From contig JANQMZ010000007.1 of NCBI GenBank assembly GCA_028279805.1, positions 420,001 to 452,000 on the forward strand: a stretch of DNA of 32,000 nt, given 5' to 3'. The stretch comes from an archaeon (GTDB lineage Archaea; Iainarchaeota; Iainarchaeia; Iainarchaeales; JANQMZ01). The stretch's first letter is position 1, and every line of letters starts with the position of its first letter. A program made the translations under genes and the position numbers. The notes under the pieces were generated by a model. That model ran no database searches. It was given only the letters and a program-made list of their open reading frames with translations, and was not told the origin of the DNA. Positions 16,836 to 25,740 of the stretch are shown piece after piece.

Positions 16836-19472
16836 CTATTTTTCAACCTGCTCAACCATACTCCTCCAAAGCACTTCATCTTTCTTATTTTCAATCAAAT
16901 CTTCTAAGAATGTTTCCGGATTGTTTTTCCATTGCAAAAATTGGTTTATTTTGGTTGAGGCTGTTGTGAACGCTGATTGGGATGGCTGTCTGTCATCCAG
17001 TTTTGATGAAATTGTGCCGTCATTGATTCTTTTTCTTAAACCAATGTAGCCGATGGCTACTTTTATTTTATCCAAGGGAATGTTTTTTGATTGAGATAAC
17101 ATTCTTTTGTATAATTCTAATTGTTGCCTGTGATTGGATGAATAATCAGCACTTTTATCTGTTTTCCAGTCCACTATTAGATATTCTTCTCCGTTGGAAA
17201 AAACACTGTCAATTTTTCCGGTAAAATTAATTTCATCTTTTGTGTCAACAATTTTTGAAATTGATAAGGTTATTGTGGTTTCAACTTCTTCAACATTTGG
17301 ATAAGTTTTTTTAATTTCTTTAATGAACATCTGAACATTTTTAATAAATGGTTCAGTTTCTTTGGTTTTTTCAAATTTTTGGTTTTTTAAAATTTTTTCA
17401 GCAGCATTATGAACATCTGAGCCAAGAGTTGAAGCTTTAAACGGAATTGTTTGAATTTTTAAAATCCTGTTAACAAAATAATCATAAGAACTTTTAGGCA
17501 AAGCACTATAAGAAAGGCGATTAACGCCGGCAAAATGTTTTTTAACAAAATCTTTTAACCAGGGTTTACTATTTTCTAATTCTTGCCGGGCTTCTTTGAA
17601 TTGTTTATTTACAAATAAATTAAATGCTCTTTTTTGCAATTCGTTAAAGCTTTCAGGTGATTCTGTTTCAAATTGTAATTCTTGTTTTTCTGAAAAATCA
17701 TTCAAAAAATCAGCTGGTTTGCCAGTTAAAATGTAAAGATTTTTTTTGGCTCTGGTAAATGCAACAAAGTTTGAACGCAGTGTTTCTTCTTCCAGTTCTT
17801 CTTCTGCGTTAATTTTTTTGGATTTTAAAATTGCTTCAACAACAGCATCCTGAAAACTTGCACTATTTGAAGATTTTGAAGGAGCAAAAATAACTGTTTC
17901 AAATTCTTTTCCTTTTGCTTTATGAATTGTTGTTAGAATGATTTTTTGTTCAATGTCTGATTCATTTGCAAAAAGGTCAGCTGATTCTAAATAAGCAGTA
18001 AAATTGGCTAAATCCTTGTTTTCTAATAAGGAAATGGCTTCATTGCAGGAACTTTGAACATTCTGGGCAGCCAGCAAATATTCTTCTCCATAAGTTAAAG
18101 CAACCGGTATGATTTTTTCTTTAAATAACAAATTGATATCCTCAATGCTTGAAATTGATTCTCTTAATTGTTTGAATTCCGAGCTTTTTGCAAAAATATC
18201 ATTCAATGTTAAATTATAGTTTGAGGATAATTCAAATGCTTCATGCAAGGAAATGGGAAAAAAGCTGGTAAACATTGCGTTTTTAACAAATTCAATGTTG
18301 TTTGAAAAAATTCCTCGCAGAAAAGTAATAATGTTGTTTTTTGCTTCATTTGAAGCTGAAAAATAAGTGGAAGAATGTTCAATGTTGTGTTTTTCAAATT
18401 CTTTTGAAATTTCCCTTATTTGATTATTTGTTCTGGCAATGACAGCCACTTGGTTTGAATTTTTTAACAATTTTTGAGTTAATGCTCTAATTGCCTGGTT
18501 TTGATTATCCTGCACATCAAAAATAACCGGTTTTGGTCCTTTTTCTGCTGTTTTGTTTTCAAGGTTTTCTAATGCTTTGATATATTGTTCTTCTTTTGTT
18601 TTTTTAGAAAAATCTTCTTTTGCAAAATTTAAAATTTCGTTTGAACTTCTAAAATTTTCAGTTAAAACAAATTCTTTTGAGTTGTTGAATTTTTCAAAAT
18701 TTAAAATGGAGCCTCCTTGAAAACCAAAAATAGCCTGCTTTTGGTCTCCAACCGCAACAAAGTTTTCACAGGATTTCAAGGCAATATCAGCTTCCAGTTT
18801 GTTTACATCCTGCAGTTCGTCAACTAGAACATATTTGAATTTTTTAACATTGTCTAATTCCAAAAATTTTATTAGCAAATCATTGTAATCAAATCCCTTG
18901 TTTGCCTTAATTGTTTCATAATGCTGAAAAATTTTAACAAATTCTTCAAGAAATTGTTCAAGTTCTTCTTTTGAATAATTTTTAAAATCTTCCAAAAAAG
19001 TTTTTGAATCTTGCAAATCAATTGAATCGGGCATGACGCCAAAACTTTTCAAATACCTAATCAGGCTTTCTATTTTTGGAACAATTGTATTAATCAAATA
19101 TTCATCGCCGTAGTTTAAAACTTCATTTTGTTTCAAATAATCATAAATTGAATAACGCAAAAGATTTGAGGAAATAATATTATCATTGTCAATGTTGTCC
19201 AATGCAAACGAATGAAAGGTAAAAACCTGCAATTTTCCCAAATCAATTTCAACTTTTTCATCATTTAAAATTTTAATAATTCGGTTTTCCATTTCAGCAC
19301 GGGCTTTATTGGTAAAAGTCAGGCACAAAATTTCTTCCGGTTTCAAGCCTTTTTTGATTAAATCCACATATTTAAACGCTAATAAGAGGGTTTTGCCGGT
19401 GCCTGGGTTAGCAATAATCAAAGCATTTCCATCATGCTTAATAATTTCTTGCTTTTCTTTATTTGGTTTCAT
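16836..19472 (-). CDS. UvrD/Rep-family DNA helicase fused to C-terminal RecB-like PD-(D/E)xK nuclease domain
   Basis: IIKHDGNALIIANPGTGKTLLLAFKYVDLI (Walker A), VLVDELQDVNKLE, VAVGDQKQAIFGFQG, FVLTENFRSS, TIHKAKGKEFETVI, FVAFTRAKKNLYIL; C-term GSDVHNAAEKIL, FTGKIDSVFSNGEEYLIVDWKTDK. Confidence 0.93.
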   Translation of the reverse strand: MKPNKEKQEIIKHDGNALIIANPGTGKTLLLAFKYVDLIKKGLKPEEILCLTFTNKARAEMENRIIKILNDEKVEIDLGKLQVFTFHSFALDNIDNDNIISSNLLRYSIYDYLKQNEVLNYGDEYLINTIVPKIESLIRYLKSFGVMPDSIDLQDSKTFLEDFKNYSKEELEQFLEEFVKIFQHYETIKANKGFDYNDLLIKFLELDNVKKFKYVLVDELQDVNKLEADIALKSCENFVAVGDQKQAIFGFQGGSILNFEKFNNSKEFVLTENFRSSNEILNFAKEDFSKKTKEEQYIKALENLENKTAEKGPKPVIFDVQDNQNQAIRALTQKLLKNSNQVAVIARTNNQIREISKEFEKHNIEHSSTYFSASNEAKNNIITFLRGIFSNNIEFVKNAMFTSFFPISLHEAFELSSNYNLTLNDIFAKSSEFKQLRESISSIEDINLLFKEKIIPVALTYGEEYLLAAQNVQSSCNEAISLLENKDLANFTAYLESADLFANESDIEQKIILTTIHKAKGKEFETVIFAPSKSSNSASFQDAVVEAILKSKKINAEEELEEETLRSNFVAFTRAKKNLYILTGKPADFLNDFSEKQELQFETESPESFNELQKRAFNLFVNKQFKEARQELENSKPWLKDFVKKHFAGVNRLSYSALPKSSYDYFVNRILKIQTIPFKASTLGSDVHNAAEKILKNQKFEKTKETEPFIKNVQMFIKEIKKTYPNVEEVETTITLSISKIVDTKDEINFTGKIDSVFSNGEEYLIVDWKTDKSADYSSNHRQQLELYKRMLSQSKNIPLDKIKVAIGYIGLRKRINDGTISSKLDDRQPSQSAFTTASTKINQFLQWKNNPETFLEDLIENKKDEVLWRSMVEQVEK

Positions 19473-19479
19473 TTGAAAA

Positions 19480-21222
19480 TCACGATGGTTTTGTCAGCTC
19501 TGCTATTTTTTCTATAATTAGATCTGCTCTTTGTTCGATAAAAGCATCAAAATTATCTTTCCAAATGGCAGAATTTTTCTCATAAGGAGGAATTAGATTT
19601 GACTTTAGGTCTTCTTCATAATGCTTATTCTTTTGTTTTACTTTTTTTTCAAAATAAGATGAAGGATTGTCATTCCCGATTATTTGATTGGATTTTTTTG
19701 GCAGAAAACAGATATTAACAACACAATCTACTTTATCTTTGTTAGAATTTATAACCGCATTAGATTTTTTGGGAAAAATGTGATGGAGTTCGCTTTTTTT
19801 AGGATTTATGAAAGAATCATAAATTGGAATCTCAGTGTGATTTGTGATGTCAAATGGTTTTTGACTAGCCATTAAACATAGAAGTGATCTGCAAAAACCA
19901 CTATTCAAATTTAATTTTTCGCTTAACAATGCCTCTCTATCACTAAAATCTTTTTCAAGTTTAAAGTTAAAATCAGATGCTTTAGTTAGAAATTTTTTGA
20001 AAAGGTTACAATCATTTTTTATTTCTTCATTAGTTGCCCCCAAGTAATCTGCATTAAACGATTTTGTCCAAAACCAATTTTCAATAGCTTTTTTTATGTT
20101 ATCAGATTGTGGATTGTCTTCTAACAAATAAAAGAAATATGCTAGGGAAACTATCATTGGAGAATATGGTAATATTTTTGGAGAAGCAACTCCAAGTTTG
20201 TTTGTTAAAAAAAGTATTGCTTCTTTAAGAGAATTTGATGCTTTATCCCAGTTGTCTTCAAGATCTTTTGACTTTAGTTTAAATAAATCGGATTCCTTGC
20301 ACGCTCCAAATCTAATTAAAGATATTAGTCTTATAATTGAAGTTTCATCCAAATCATCATAATTTAGCTTACCCAATCCTGTTGTTTCATCATATAATTG
20401 TTCTAAATTGTCTCTCAAATAAAAATCATCAGTGAAAGTGTTAGCTGTTATTAAATCAATAGTTGAAAGTTTCTTTCCACGCATGTTTACTCTGGTAAAT
20501 AATTCACACACTTCTTCTATTGGGACATTTTGTAAACTTATTATGGACAAAGAGTAATTTGAACTTAATCTTTCATTCACTTCATGATATAATGTTGCAA
20601 TAGATTTGTCCATATCTCTTAGTTTTAGAAGTAAATCCATGTCCGGTTTTATTAACTTACCCACTTCAACAAAATATTCCTTTTCTTCAGGATTTTGTTT
20701 TTGAATTTTTTGGAATTCTTTTTCAGTAAAAAATAAGTCAATATCTTTCTTTTTTTCTAAATCCTCCTCTTCAATTTCCTTTTTAGCTGCTTTTAGAGAA
20801 AAATATATTGTGAAATCAATTGGGTTTTTTCTATTTTGAGGTGTTTTTTTGCCGCCCAAACTAGAAACGATCAAAGAAGTTAATCTTTGTTGTCCATCTA
20901 AAACATAGTTGAAAAAAGAACCAGTACGGTCTTGACTAATTGATCTTACAAATTCAAAATTATCAACAATTTGCCGGTTATCAGGAAGTTTTTGTTCGCT
21001 TTCCCAAATTATAAGGCTGCCTATAGGATAATGCTTATATATGCTGTCCCAAAGAGCTTTGATGTCTTTTGGATCCCAAACAAAATGCCTTTGGAATTTA
21101 GGAATAGTGTAATCATATTCAACTTTTGAATTATTATCAGGATTATCTGGAATCATTTCAGAAAGTTTTCTTGAAAACACTGTTATCTTGCGTTTTTTAT
21201 ACATCAATTCACATCCTTGCAA
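19480..21222 (-). CDS. DUF262 + DUF1524 (GmrSD-like) putative type IV restriction protein
   Basis: YDYTIPKFQRHFVWDPKDIKALWDSIYKHYPIGSLIIWE, VLDGQQRLTSL (ParB/Srx-like NTPase-type DUF262); C-term ELHHIFPKKSNAVINSNKDKVDCVVNICFLPKKSNQIIGNDNPSSYF (DUF1524 HNH). Alternative start ATG at 21204. Confidence 0.88.
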   Translation of the reverse strand: MQGCELMYKKRKITVFSRKLSEMIPDNPDNNSKVEYDYTIPKFQRHFVWDPKDIKALWDSIYKHYPIGSLIIWESEQKLPDNRQIVDNFEFVRSISQDRTGSFFNYVLDGQQRLTSLIVSSLGGKKTPQNRKNPIDFTIYFSLKAAKKEIEEEDLEKKKDIDLFFTEKEFQKIQKQNPEEKEYFVEVGKLIKPDMDLLLKLRDMDKSIATLYHEVNERLSSNYSLSIISLQNVPIEEVCELFTRVNMRGKKLSTIDLITANTFTDDFYLRDNLEQLYDETTGLGKLNYDDLDETSIIRLISLIRFGACKESDLFKLKSKDLEDNWDKASNSLKEAILFLTNKLGVASPKILPYSPMIVSLAYFFYLLEDNPQSDNIKKAIENWFWTKSFNADYLGATNEEIKNDCNLFKKFLTKASDFNFKLEKDFSDREALLSEKLNLNSGFCRSLLCLMASQKPFDITNHTEIPIYDSFINPKKSELHHIFPKKSNAVINSNKDKVDCVVNICFLPKKSNQIIGNDNPSSYFEKKVKQKNKHYEEDLKSNLIPPYEKNSAIWKDNFDAFIEQRADLIIEKIAELTKPS

Positions 21223-21799
21223 TTTTTCCTGCGTCGGTTAGCTTTAATCCGTCTTTTTCTTCCAGGAGGCCTTTGTGTTTTAATTCTTTTACGTTCCGAT
21301 AAAGCATTGCACGGCTTTGTTTCAAGATTCCTGCTAATTTTGACAGATTTGGTGTTGATTCAATGTTTTCCAGTATTTGCAGTTGTGATTCGCTTAAATC
21401 AAATGACAATATTGGCAAGGTTATTATTTGGTTTTCATCAGCAGGGCAATAATAAATGTTTTTGATTTTCTTAGACCGGGAATAAGAGCCAAATAATAAT
21501 CCTAATGCTTGTGTTTTTTTGCTTGGTGTGATGTTTACAAAAATTTCATCGTCTTTTGGAAGAACATCAATAATGTTGACGCATTCTTTTGCAATTTTAA
21601 CAATGTCATACAATTCAATTTTTCTTTGCTTTACTTCAAGAACATTTCCAAAGCTTTCAACAATTGAATCAATTGTTTTTTGTTGGGTTTTATTAGGCTT
21701 TTTGTCCACAAGCAAAAAAATCCTGTCAATTCCAAGCTTTGTTGTAAGCAAGACAATTGAATCGCTTGAATAAGTTGTTGTTATTAGTACCTTAGCCAT
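21209..21799 (-). CDS. Csa3-like CARF-domain/winged-helix regulator
   Basis: MAKVLITTTYSSDSIVLLTTKLGIDRIFLLV...DEIFVNITPSKKTQALGLLFGSY (Rossmann-like CARF pattern) + SESQLQILENIESTPNLSKLAGILKQSRAMLYRNVKELKHKGLLEEKDGLKLTDAGK (wHTH). Internal ATG chosen; track start is 21829. Confidence 0.75.
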   Translation of the reverse strand: MAKVLITTTYSSDSIVLLTTKLGIDRIFLLVDKKPNKTQQKTIDSIVESFGNVLEVKQRKIELYDIVKIAKECVNIIDVLPKDDEIFVNITPSKKTQALGLLFGSYSRSKKIKNIYYCPADENQIITLPILSFDLSESQLQILENIESTPNLSKLAGILKQSRAMLYRNVKELKHKGLLEEKDGLKLTDAGKIARM

Positions 21800-21885
21800 T
21801 TGAAGCCTCTTTATAATAAAAACAGCCAAAATTTAAATAGTTTACTAATAATGCAATTATTGTAATGAAAAAGAGAATTGTATAC

Positions 21886-21904
21886 TATAAACGATACGTT
21901 TATA
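21886..21904. promoter_or_regulatory. Inverted repeat TATAAACG-ATA-CGTTTATA forming a symmetric bidirectional TATA region
   Basis: Direct reading; perfect 8-bp arms at 21886-21893 and 21897-21904 between CARF-wHTH gene and divergent ORF. Confidence 0.55.
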
Positions 21905-21926
21905 TATTTTCTTGTGTTATATTTAA

Positions 21927-22385
21927 ATGTTCGGGAATTTGTGGAAAAGAATGAAACCTAGCAGAAAAGTTTGGGAAAAAATGAAAAAGCTTGTTGAATG
22001 GGGGGGTTTTAAAGAAATGAAATTAAGCAAAGAAAAAGAGGAAGAGGTTGATACTTTGATTGAATGGAATGCGATTATGTTTAGTAATCCAGCAGGCGTT
22101 GTGAAAATAAATGACATGATGGAGAAAGCGCCTGCAAAAACAACTGACATGGATTTGTTTGTTCTTGCAAAAATTTTTGAAACAATGGAAGAGGAATTAA
22201 TTTATTCAAAAAACTTGGTGTCCAAACTGATTGGCCTTGGAAGCAAAACAAAGCTTTCAAAAAAGCTTGAAAAACAAGCTGGTAATTTCAAAAAAAAATA
22301 CATGCAAAGCATAATTGGAGATGCAAACACAAATAAATATTTGAGAAAATACTTTGAGTTCCGGCTTCAGAACAATTTGTTGTGA
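21927..22385 (+). CDS. Hypothetical helical protein divergent from the CARF regulator
   Basis: ORF track; start may instead be ATG 21951. Confidence 0.6.
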   Translation: MFGNLWKRMKPSRKVWEKMKKLVEWGGFKEMKLSKEKEEEVDTLIEWNAIMFSNPAGVVKINDMMEKAPAKTTDMDLFVLAKIFETMEEELIYSKNLVSKLIGLGSKTKLSKKLEKQAGNFKKKYMQSIIGDANTNKYLRKYFEFRLQNNLL

Positions 22386-22395
22386 TGGTGTTAAA

Positions 22396-22560
22396 ATGAA
22401 TGAAAATGGTTTGAATCAGCAGTTTAAGTCAAAGAAAACATTGAAAGCATTCAAAGAACTGGTTAAAAAATACAACTTGTACGAAGCAAAAATAAGCGAA
22501 TTGAGCGAATGTGACTTGGCGATTCTTCAAGTGATTAAAAGGCACAGTGAGAATATATGA
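22396..22560 (+). CDS. Small hypothetical protein
   Basis: MNENGLNQQFKSKKTLKAFKELVKKYNLYEAKISELSECDLAILQVIKRHSENI; stop overlaps next ATG (ATGA). Confidence 0.5.
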   Translation: MNENGLNQQFKSKKTLKAFKELVKKYNLYEAKISELSECDLAILQVIKRHSENI

Positions 22561-23306
22561 AAAAACTTTCAAAAAAAATTTTGAGAATTATGCTGTTAAT
22601 AATAGTGACAACTTCTGGCTGCTTGGAGGCAGAAACGATGGTTCCGGAAAAAGCCAAAAAACTTCTTCCCAAATTTGCTGATGAAATTGCAAAGTTGCCT
22701 AAAATAGATCCATCCTCCCTGGAAAGTTATGAGGGATTTAAAGGATCTCTTAATTCGGTTAATTCCATAATTATGATTCTGAACAGGGAGGGGGGATTAG
22801 AGTTGGAAGAGCTTGATATCAAATTTGAAACCTATAGAAAAATTTCTCGTGTTGCAACAGAATATGGACCACTTATAGACAATTACAATGAAGTTGTCCT
22901 AACAGCAAAAGAATTTGAGGAAGGAAACTCTGAAAAAGAATATGCCTTTTACATGGCAATAGGAAAATTTGGAGTTGAAGCTTTTTTAATAGTGACCATA
23001 GCTTACTACGGAGTTGCTTATACCACAACAGGATATTTGTACAGGGCTTCAGGATTAAATCGGCTTGCTTTTACACACCCTACAATTATATCTATAGTGC
23101 TTAACAAAACGCATTGGGCAATCCGCGGCGGATTAAGTGAAAAAAGTTCAGAATTTGCCGAAATCACTATTGAAACTGGAAAGCAATTTGCAGATTCTCC
23201 GGGCAAAAAATTAGAGGAAATTAAGGGCGACATAAAAAACATTTTTGATAATACCACAAACTGGGTAGGATGGCAACTTGGACAAACAATAAGGCAGAAT
23301 GGTTAA
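22557..23306 (+). CDS. Putative lipoprotein/secreted helical protein
   Basis: MKKLSKKILRIMLLIIVTTSGCLEAE: signal peptide followed by lipobox-like Cys; translationally coupled to upstream ORF. Confidence 0.6.
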   Translation: MKKLSKKILRIMLLIIVTTSGCLEAETMVPEKAKKLLPKFADEIAKLPKIDPSSLESYEGFKGSLNSVNSIIMILNREGGLELEELDIKFETYRKISRVATEYGPLIDNYNEVVLTAKEFEEGNSEKEYAFYMAIGKFGVEAFLIVTIAYYGVAYTTTGYLYRASGLNRLAFTHPTIISIVLNKTHWAIRGGLSEKSSEFAEITIETGKQFADSPGKKLEEIKGDIKNIFDNTTNWVGWQLGQTIRQNG

Positions 23307-23415
23307 ACGAATCAAGCTTGTCTTACACAAATTATTGGACACTGATTCAACGGAAATCTACTCCAAGTTGCCTTATATGTTCTTTGTTCCTGTTTTAACA
23401 AAAGGAGGTGAAAAA

Positions 23416-23766
23416 ATGCATCATGTTGGAAAAGTTTTACAGGTTTTAAGCCATAAAAATTCAAAAGTAACTTCATCAGACAATACGACACAAGCGGTTG
23501 TTGAAATGTGGGATGGGCCTAGATTTATTTTTGACGTTGAGCAAAAAATAGAAAACAAAATAAAAGAATCAGATTTTGTTATAGTTGATTATACTCCGCA
23601 AAAAAATCACGCACCAAAACACTATATTATAAAAATTTTGGATAAAAAAATAGGCGAAAAAACATGGAAATCATTCAAGGAATTTATAAAACAACAAGAA
23701 GAAATAGCTAGAAAAAGAATGCCACAAAAAGAGCCAGAAATAGCAAGCAAAATACACTACACCTAA
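23416..23766 (+). CDS. Hypothetical 116-aa protein
   Basis: aaaggaggtgaaaaaATG is a strong SD-ATG arrangement; preferred over the upstream track start 23299. Confidence 0.55.
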   Translation: MHHVGKVLQVLSHKNSKVTSSDNTTQAVVEMWDGPRFIFDVEQKIENKIKESDFVIVDYTPQKNHAPKHYIIKILDKKIGEKTWKSFKEFIKQQEEIARKRMPQKEPEIASKIHYT

Positions 23767-23853
23767 AACCAATATTAAAAAAGGCAATTTCCATTGTTTT
23801 GCAATTTCACACTCATAAACCGTTAAATACTTGTTTTGCGTTCTTATTCAAGC

Positions 23854-25086
23854 ATGGTTAAAGAAAATCCTAAGCTTAAAAGAAATTTAACTTTGTCTTT
23901 GTTGACTTTTTACGGTATCGGCAACATCATCGGCGCGGGTATTTATGTTTTGATTGGGGAGGTGGCTGGGGCTGCTGGTTTGTATACTCCGATTGCTTTT
24001 GTTTTGGCTTCGATTTTGGCTGGTTTTAGTGCTTTTAGTTTTGCTGAATTGAGTTCAAGAATGCCCAAAAGTGCCGGTGAAGCTGTTTATATTCAAAAAG
24101 CTTTTGGAATTCAAAACTTTTCAATATTAATAGGATTAATGGTTGCAATAACGGGAATAATTGCAGCTTCAACAATAGTAAAAGGATTCACCGGTTATCT
24201 GGATGTATTTGTTTTAATTCCGCACTGGATTTCAACAGGATTTGTAATATTATTATTAGGCGGAATTGCCGCATGGGGAATAAAACAGTCGGCAATAGTT
24301 GCAACAATTGTCAGTTTGCTTGAAATTGGAGGAATATTATTTGTATTATGGGTTGGAAAAGATTTATTTTTACAGGTTCCGGAAAGATTACCGGAATTGG
24401 TTCCTTTAATGGGGTTAAGTGATGGCGGGTTTGGAATAATGTTGGGAGCTTTTCTGGCATTTTTTGCATTTGTAGGATTTGAGGACATGGTTAATGTTGC
24501 TGAAGAGGTTAAAAATCCGACAAAAAATATGCCACGTGCAATTATTATTGCTTTAATTGTTGTAACTATTTTGTATTTTTTGGTTTCATTGCTGGCTGTG
24601 CTGGCTGTTCCGTTGGAAGATTTAAGTGCAACAACAGCACCATTGGCTTTGATTTTTCAAAATGCAACCGGGGAGGTTCCAATTGTTATTAGTTTGATTG
24701 CATTGTTTGCTGTAACCAATGGTGCAATGATTCAGATTATTATGAGTTCAAGAATTTTATATGGTTTAAGTTCTCATGGATGGATTCCGGAATTGTTTGG
24801 AAGAATTCATCCAAAAACTCATACTCCTTTAATTTCCACATCAATTATAACAGGAATTATTTTGATTTTAAGCTTAAGTTTTCCAATTGGAATACTGGCT
24901 CAAATGACAAGTTTTATTATTTTAAGCGTTTTTACAATAATCAATTTAGCTTTATGGAAAATTAAAACAATGGAACCGGCACCAGACGGAGTAAAAGTTT
25001 ATCCTATCTGGGTTCCCATTGTTGGTTTTTTCATTAGCTTGGGATTTGTTTTATTCAGGGCGGCAGAATTCTTTGGATTGTTTTAA
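23854..25086 (+). CDS. APC-family amino acid permease
   Basis: FYGIGNIIGAGIYVLIGEVAG, SFAELSSRMPKSAGEAVYI, FFAFVGFEDMVNVAEEVKNPTKNMPRAI. Confidence 0.93.
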   Translation: MVKENPKLKRNLTLSLLTFYGIGNIIGAGIYVLIGEVAGAAGLYTPIAFVLASILAGFSAFSFAELSSRMPKSAGEAVYIQKAFGIQNFSILIGLMVAITGIIAASTIVKGFTGYLDVFVLIPHWISTGFVILLLGGIAAWGIKQSAIVATIVSLLEIGGILFVLWVGKDLFLQVPERLPELVPLMGLSDGGFGIMLGAFLAFFAFVGFEDMVNVAEEVKNPTKNMPRAIIIALIVVTILYFLVSLLAVLAVPLEDLSATTAPLALIFQNATGEVPIVISLIALFAVTNGAMIQIIMSSRILYGLSSHGWIPELFGRIHPKTHTPLISTSIITGIILILSLSFPIGILAQMTSFIILSVFTIINLALWKIKTMEPAPDGVKVYPIWVPIVGFFISLGFVLFRAAEFFGLF

Positions 25087-25095
25087 TCAGCGGAA

Positions 25096-25116
25096 ATCTG
25101 CTTTGGAAAAGCAGAT
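25096..25116. repeat. Perfect hairpin ATCTGCTTT-GGA-AAAGCAGAT
   Basis: 9-bp arms, 3-nt loop, immediately 3' of permease and abutting a TATA-like atataaata. Confidence 0.6.
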
Positions 25117-25143
25117 ATAAATAAAGGGCGTATTCTATAAAGG

Positions 25144-25166
25144 AAAGATATCCAAAAGATATCTTT
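25144..25166. promoter_or_regulatory. Inverted repeat AAAGATATC-CAAAA-GATATCTTT upstream of the toxin-antitoxin-like operon
   Basis: Perfect 9-bp arms just downstream of TATA-like element at ~25114-25122. Confidence 0.5.
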
Positions 25167-25177
25167 ATATATCTGGA

Positions 25178-25435
25178 GTGATCCATATTACTAAGAGGGT
25201 TAAAAAAGGCCATTATACTGTGGTAATCACAAGGCATGCTTACATTAGAGCGTTGCAAAGAGGAATTGATCCTGAACTTGTGGATGATTCCATTGTTAAT
25301 GGCAAAATGAAGAGGTTTGCAAAAAACAGAATAAAATTTGAAAAGAGGTTTAAAAAATTTTCAATAGTTTGCGTTGATGAAATTATTGAAAATGAAATAA
25401 TAATAGTTACTATTACAAAAAAGATGAGAAAATGA
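25178..25435 (+). CDS. DUF4258/RelE-like putative toxin
   Basis: VVITRHAYIRALQRGIDPELVDDSIVNGK...RFKKFSIVCVDEIIENEIIIVTITKK; GTG start; overlaps next ATG by 4 nt. Confidence 0.6.
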   Translation: MIHITKRVKKGHYTVVITRHAYIRALQRGIDPELVDDSIVNGKMKRFAKNRIKFEKRFKKFSIVCVDEIIENEIIIVTITKKMRK

Positions 25436-25740
25436 CTAAGAAAAGAACTTGCGTTAGATGCAAAGGAAAAATGATTGAAAAAAAGGATAAAACTCCGGAA
25501 GGGTTTACTTACAAGTACTTCAGTTGTAAAAACTGCAAGGACGAGATACTAACCATGAAACAGTTGCATGAAGTTGCTGAAAAATACAGAGAAATGAAAA
25601 AATACAGAGCAAAAGTTTCAAAATGGGGAACAAGCTTGGCTTTACGAATTCCAAAAGAACTGGCAAAAAAATATGGATTAAAGAAAAACAAAGAAGTTAC
25701 ATTGGTTCCAGATAAAAAAGCAATAAGAATTGTGAATTAA
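25432..25740 (+). CDS. YgiT-type zinc-finger + AbrB/MazE-like putative antitoxin
   Basis: CVRCKGKM...YFSCKNCKDEILT double CxxC, then AKVSKWGTSLALRIPKELAKKYGLKKNKEVTLVPDKKAIRIV (SpoVT/AbrB). Confidence 0.75.
   Translation: MTKKRTCVRCKGKMIEKKDKTPEGFTYKYFSCKNCKDEILTMKQLHEVAEKYREMKKYRAKVSKWGTSLALRIPKELAKKYGLKKNKEVTLVPDKKAIRIVN

Noticed and set aside
16836-19472. Complete AddAB/RecBCD system
   Set aside because: Only one helicase-nuclease protein is present; no second AddB/RecC-like subunit lies nearby.
23299-23766. 155-aa start at 23299
   Set aside because: A much stronger SD (aaggaggtg) precedes ATG 23416; the upstream part may be non-coding, although an alternative start cannot be excluded.
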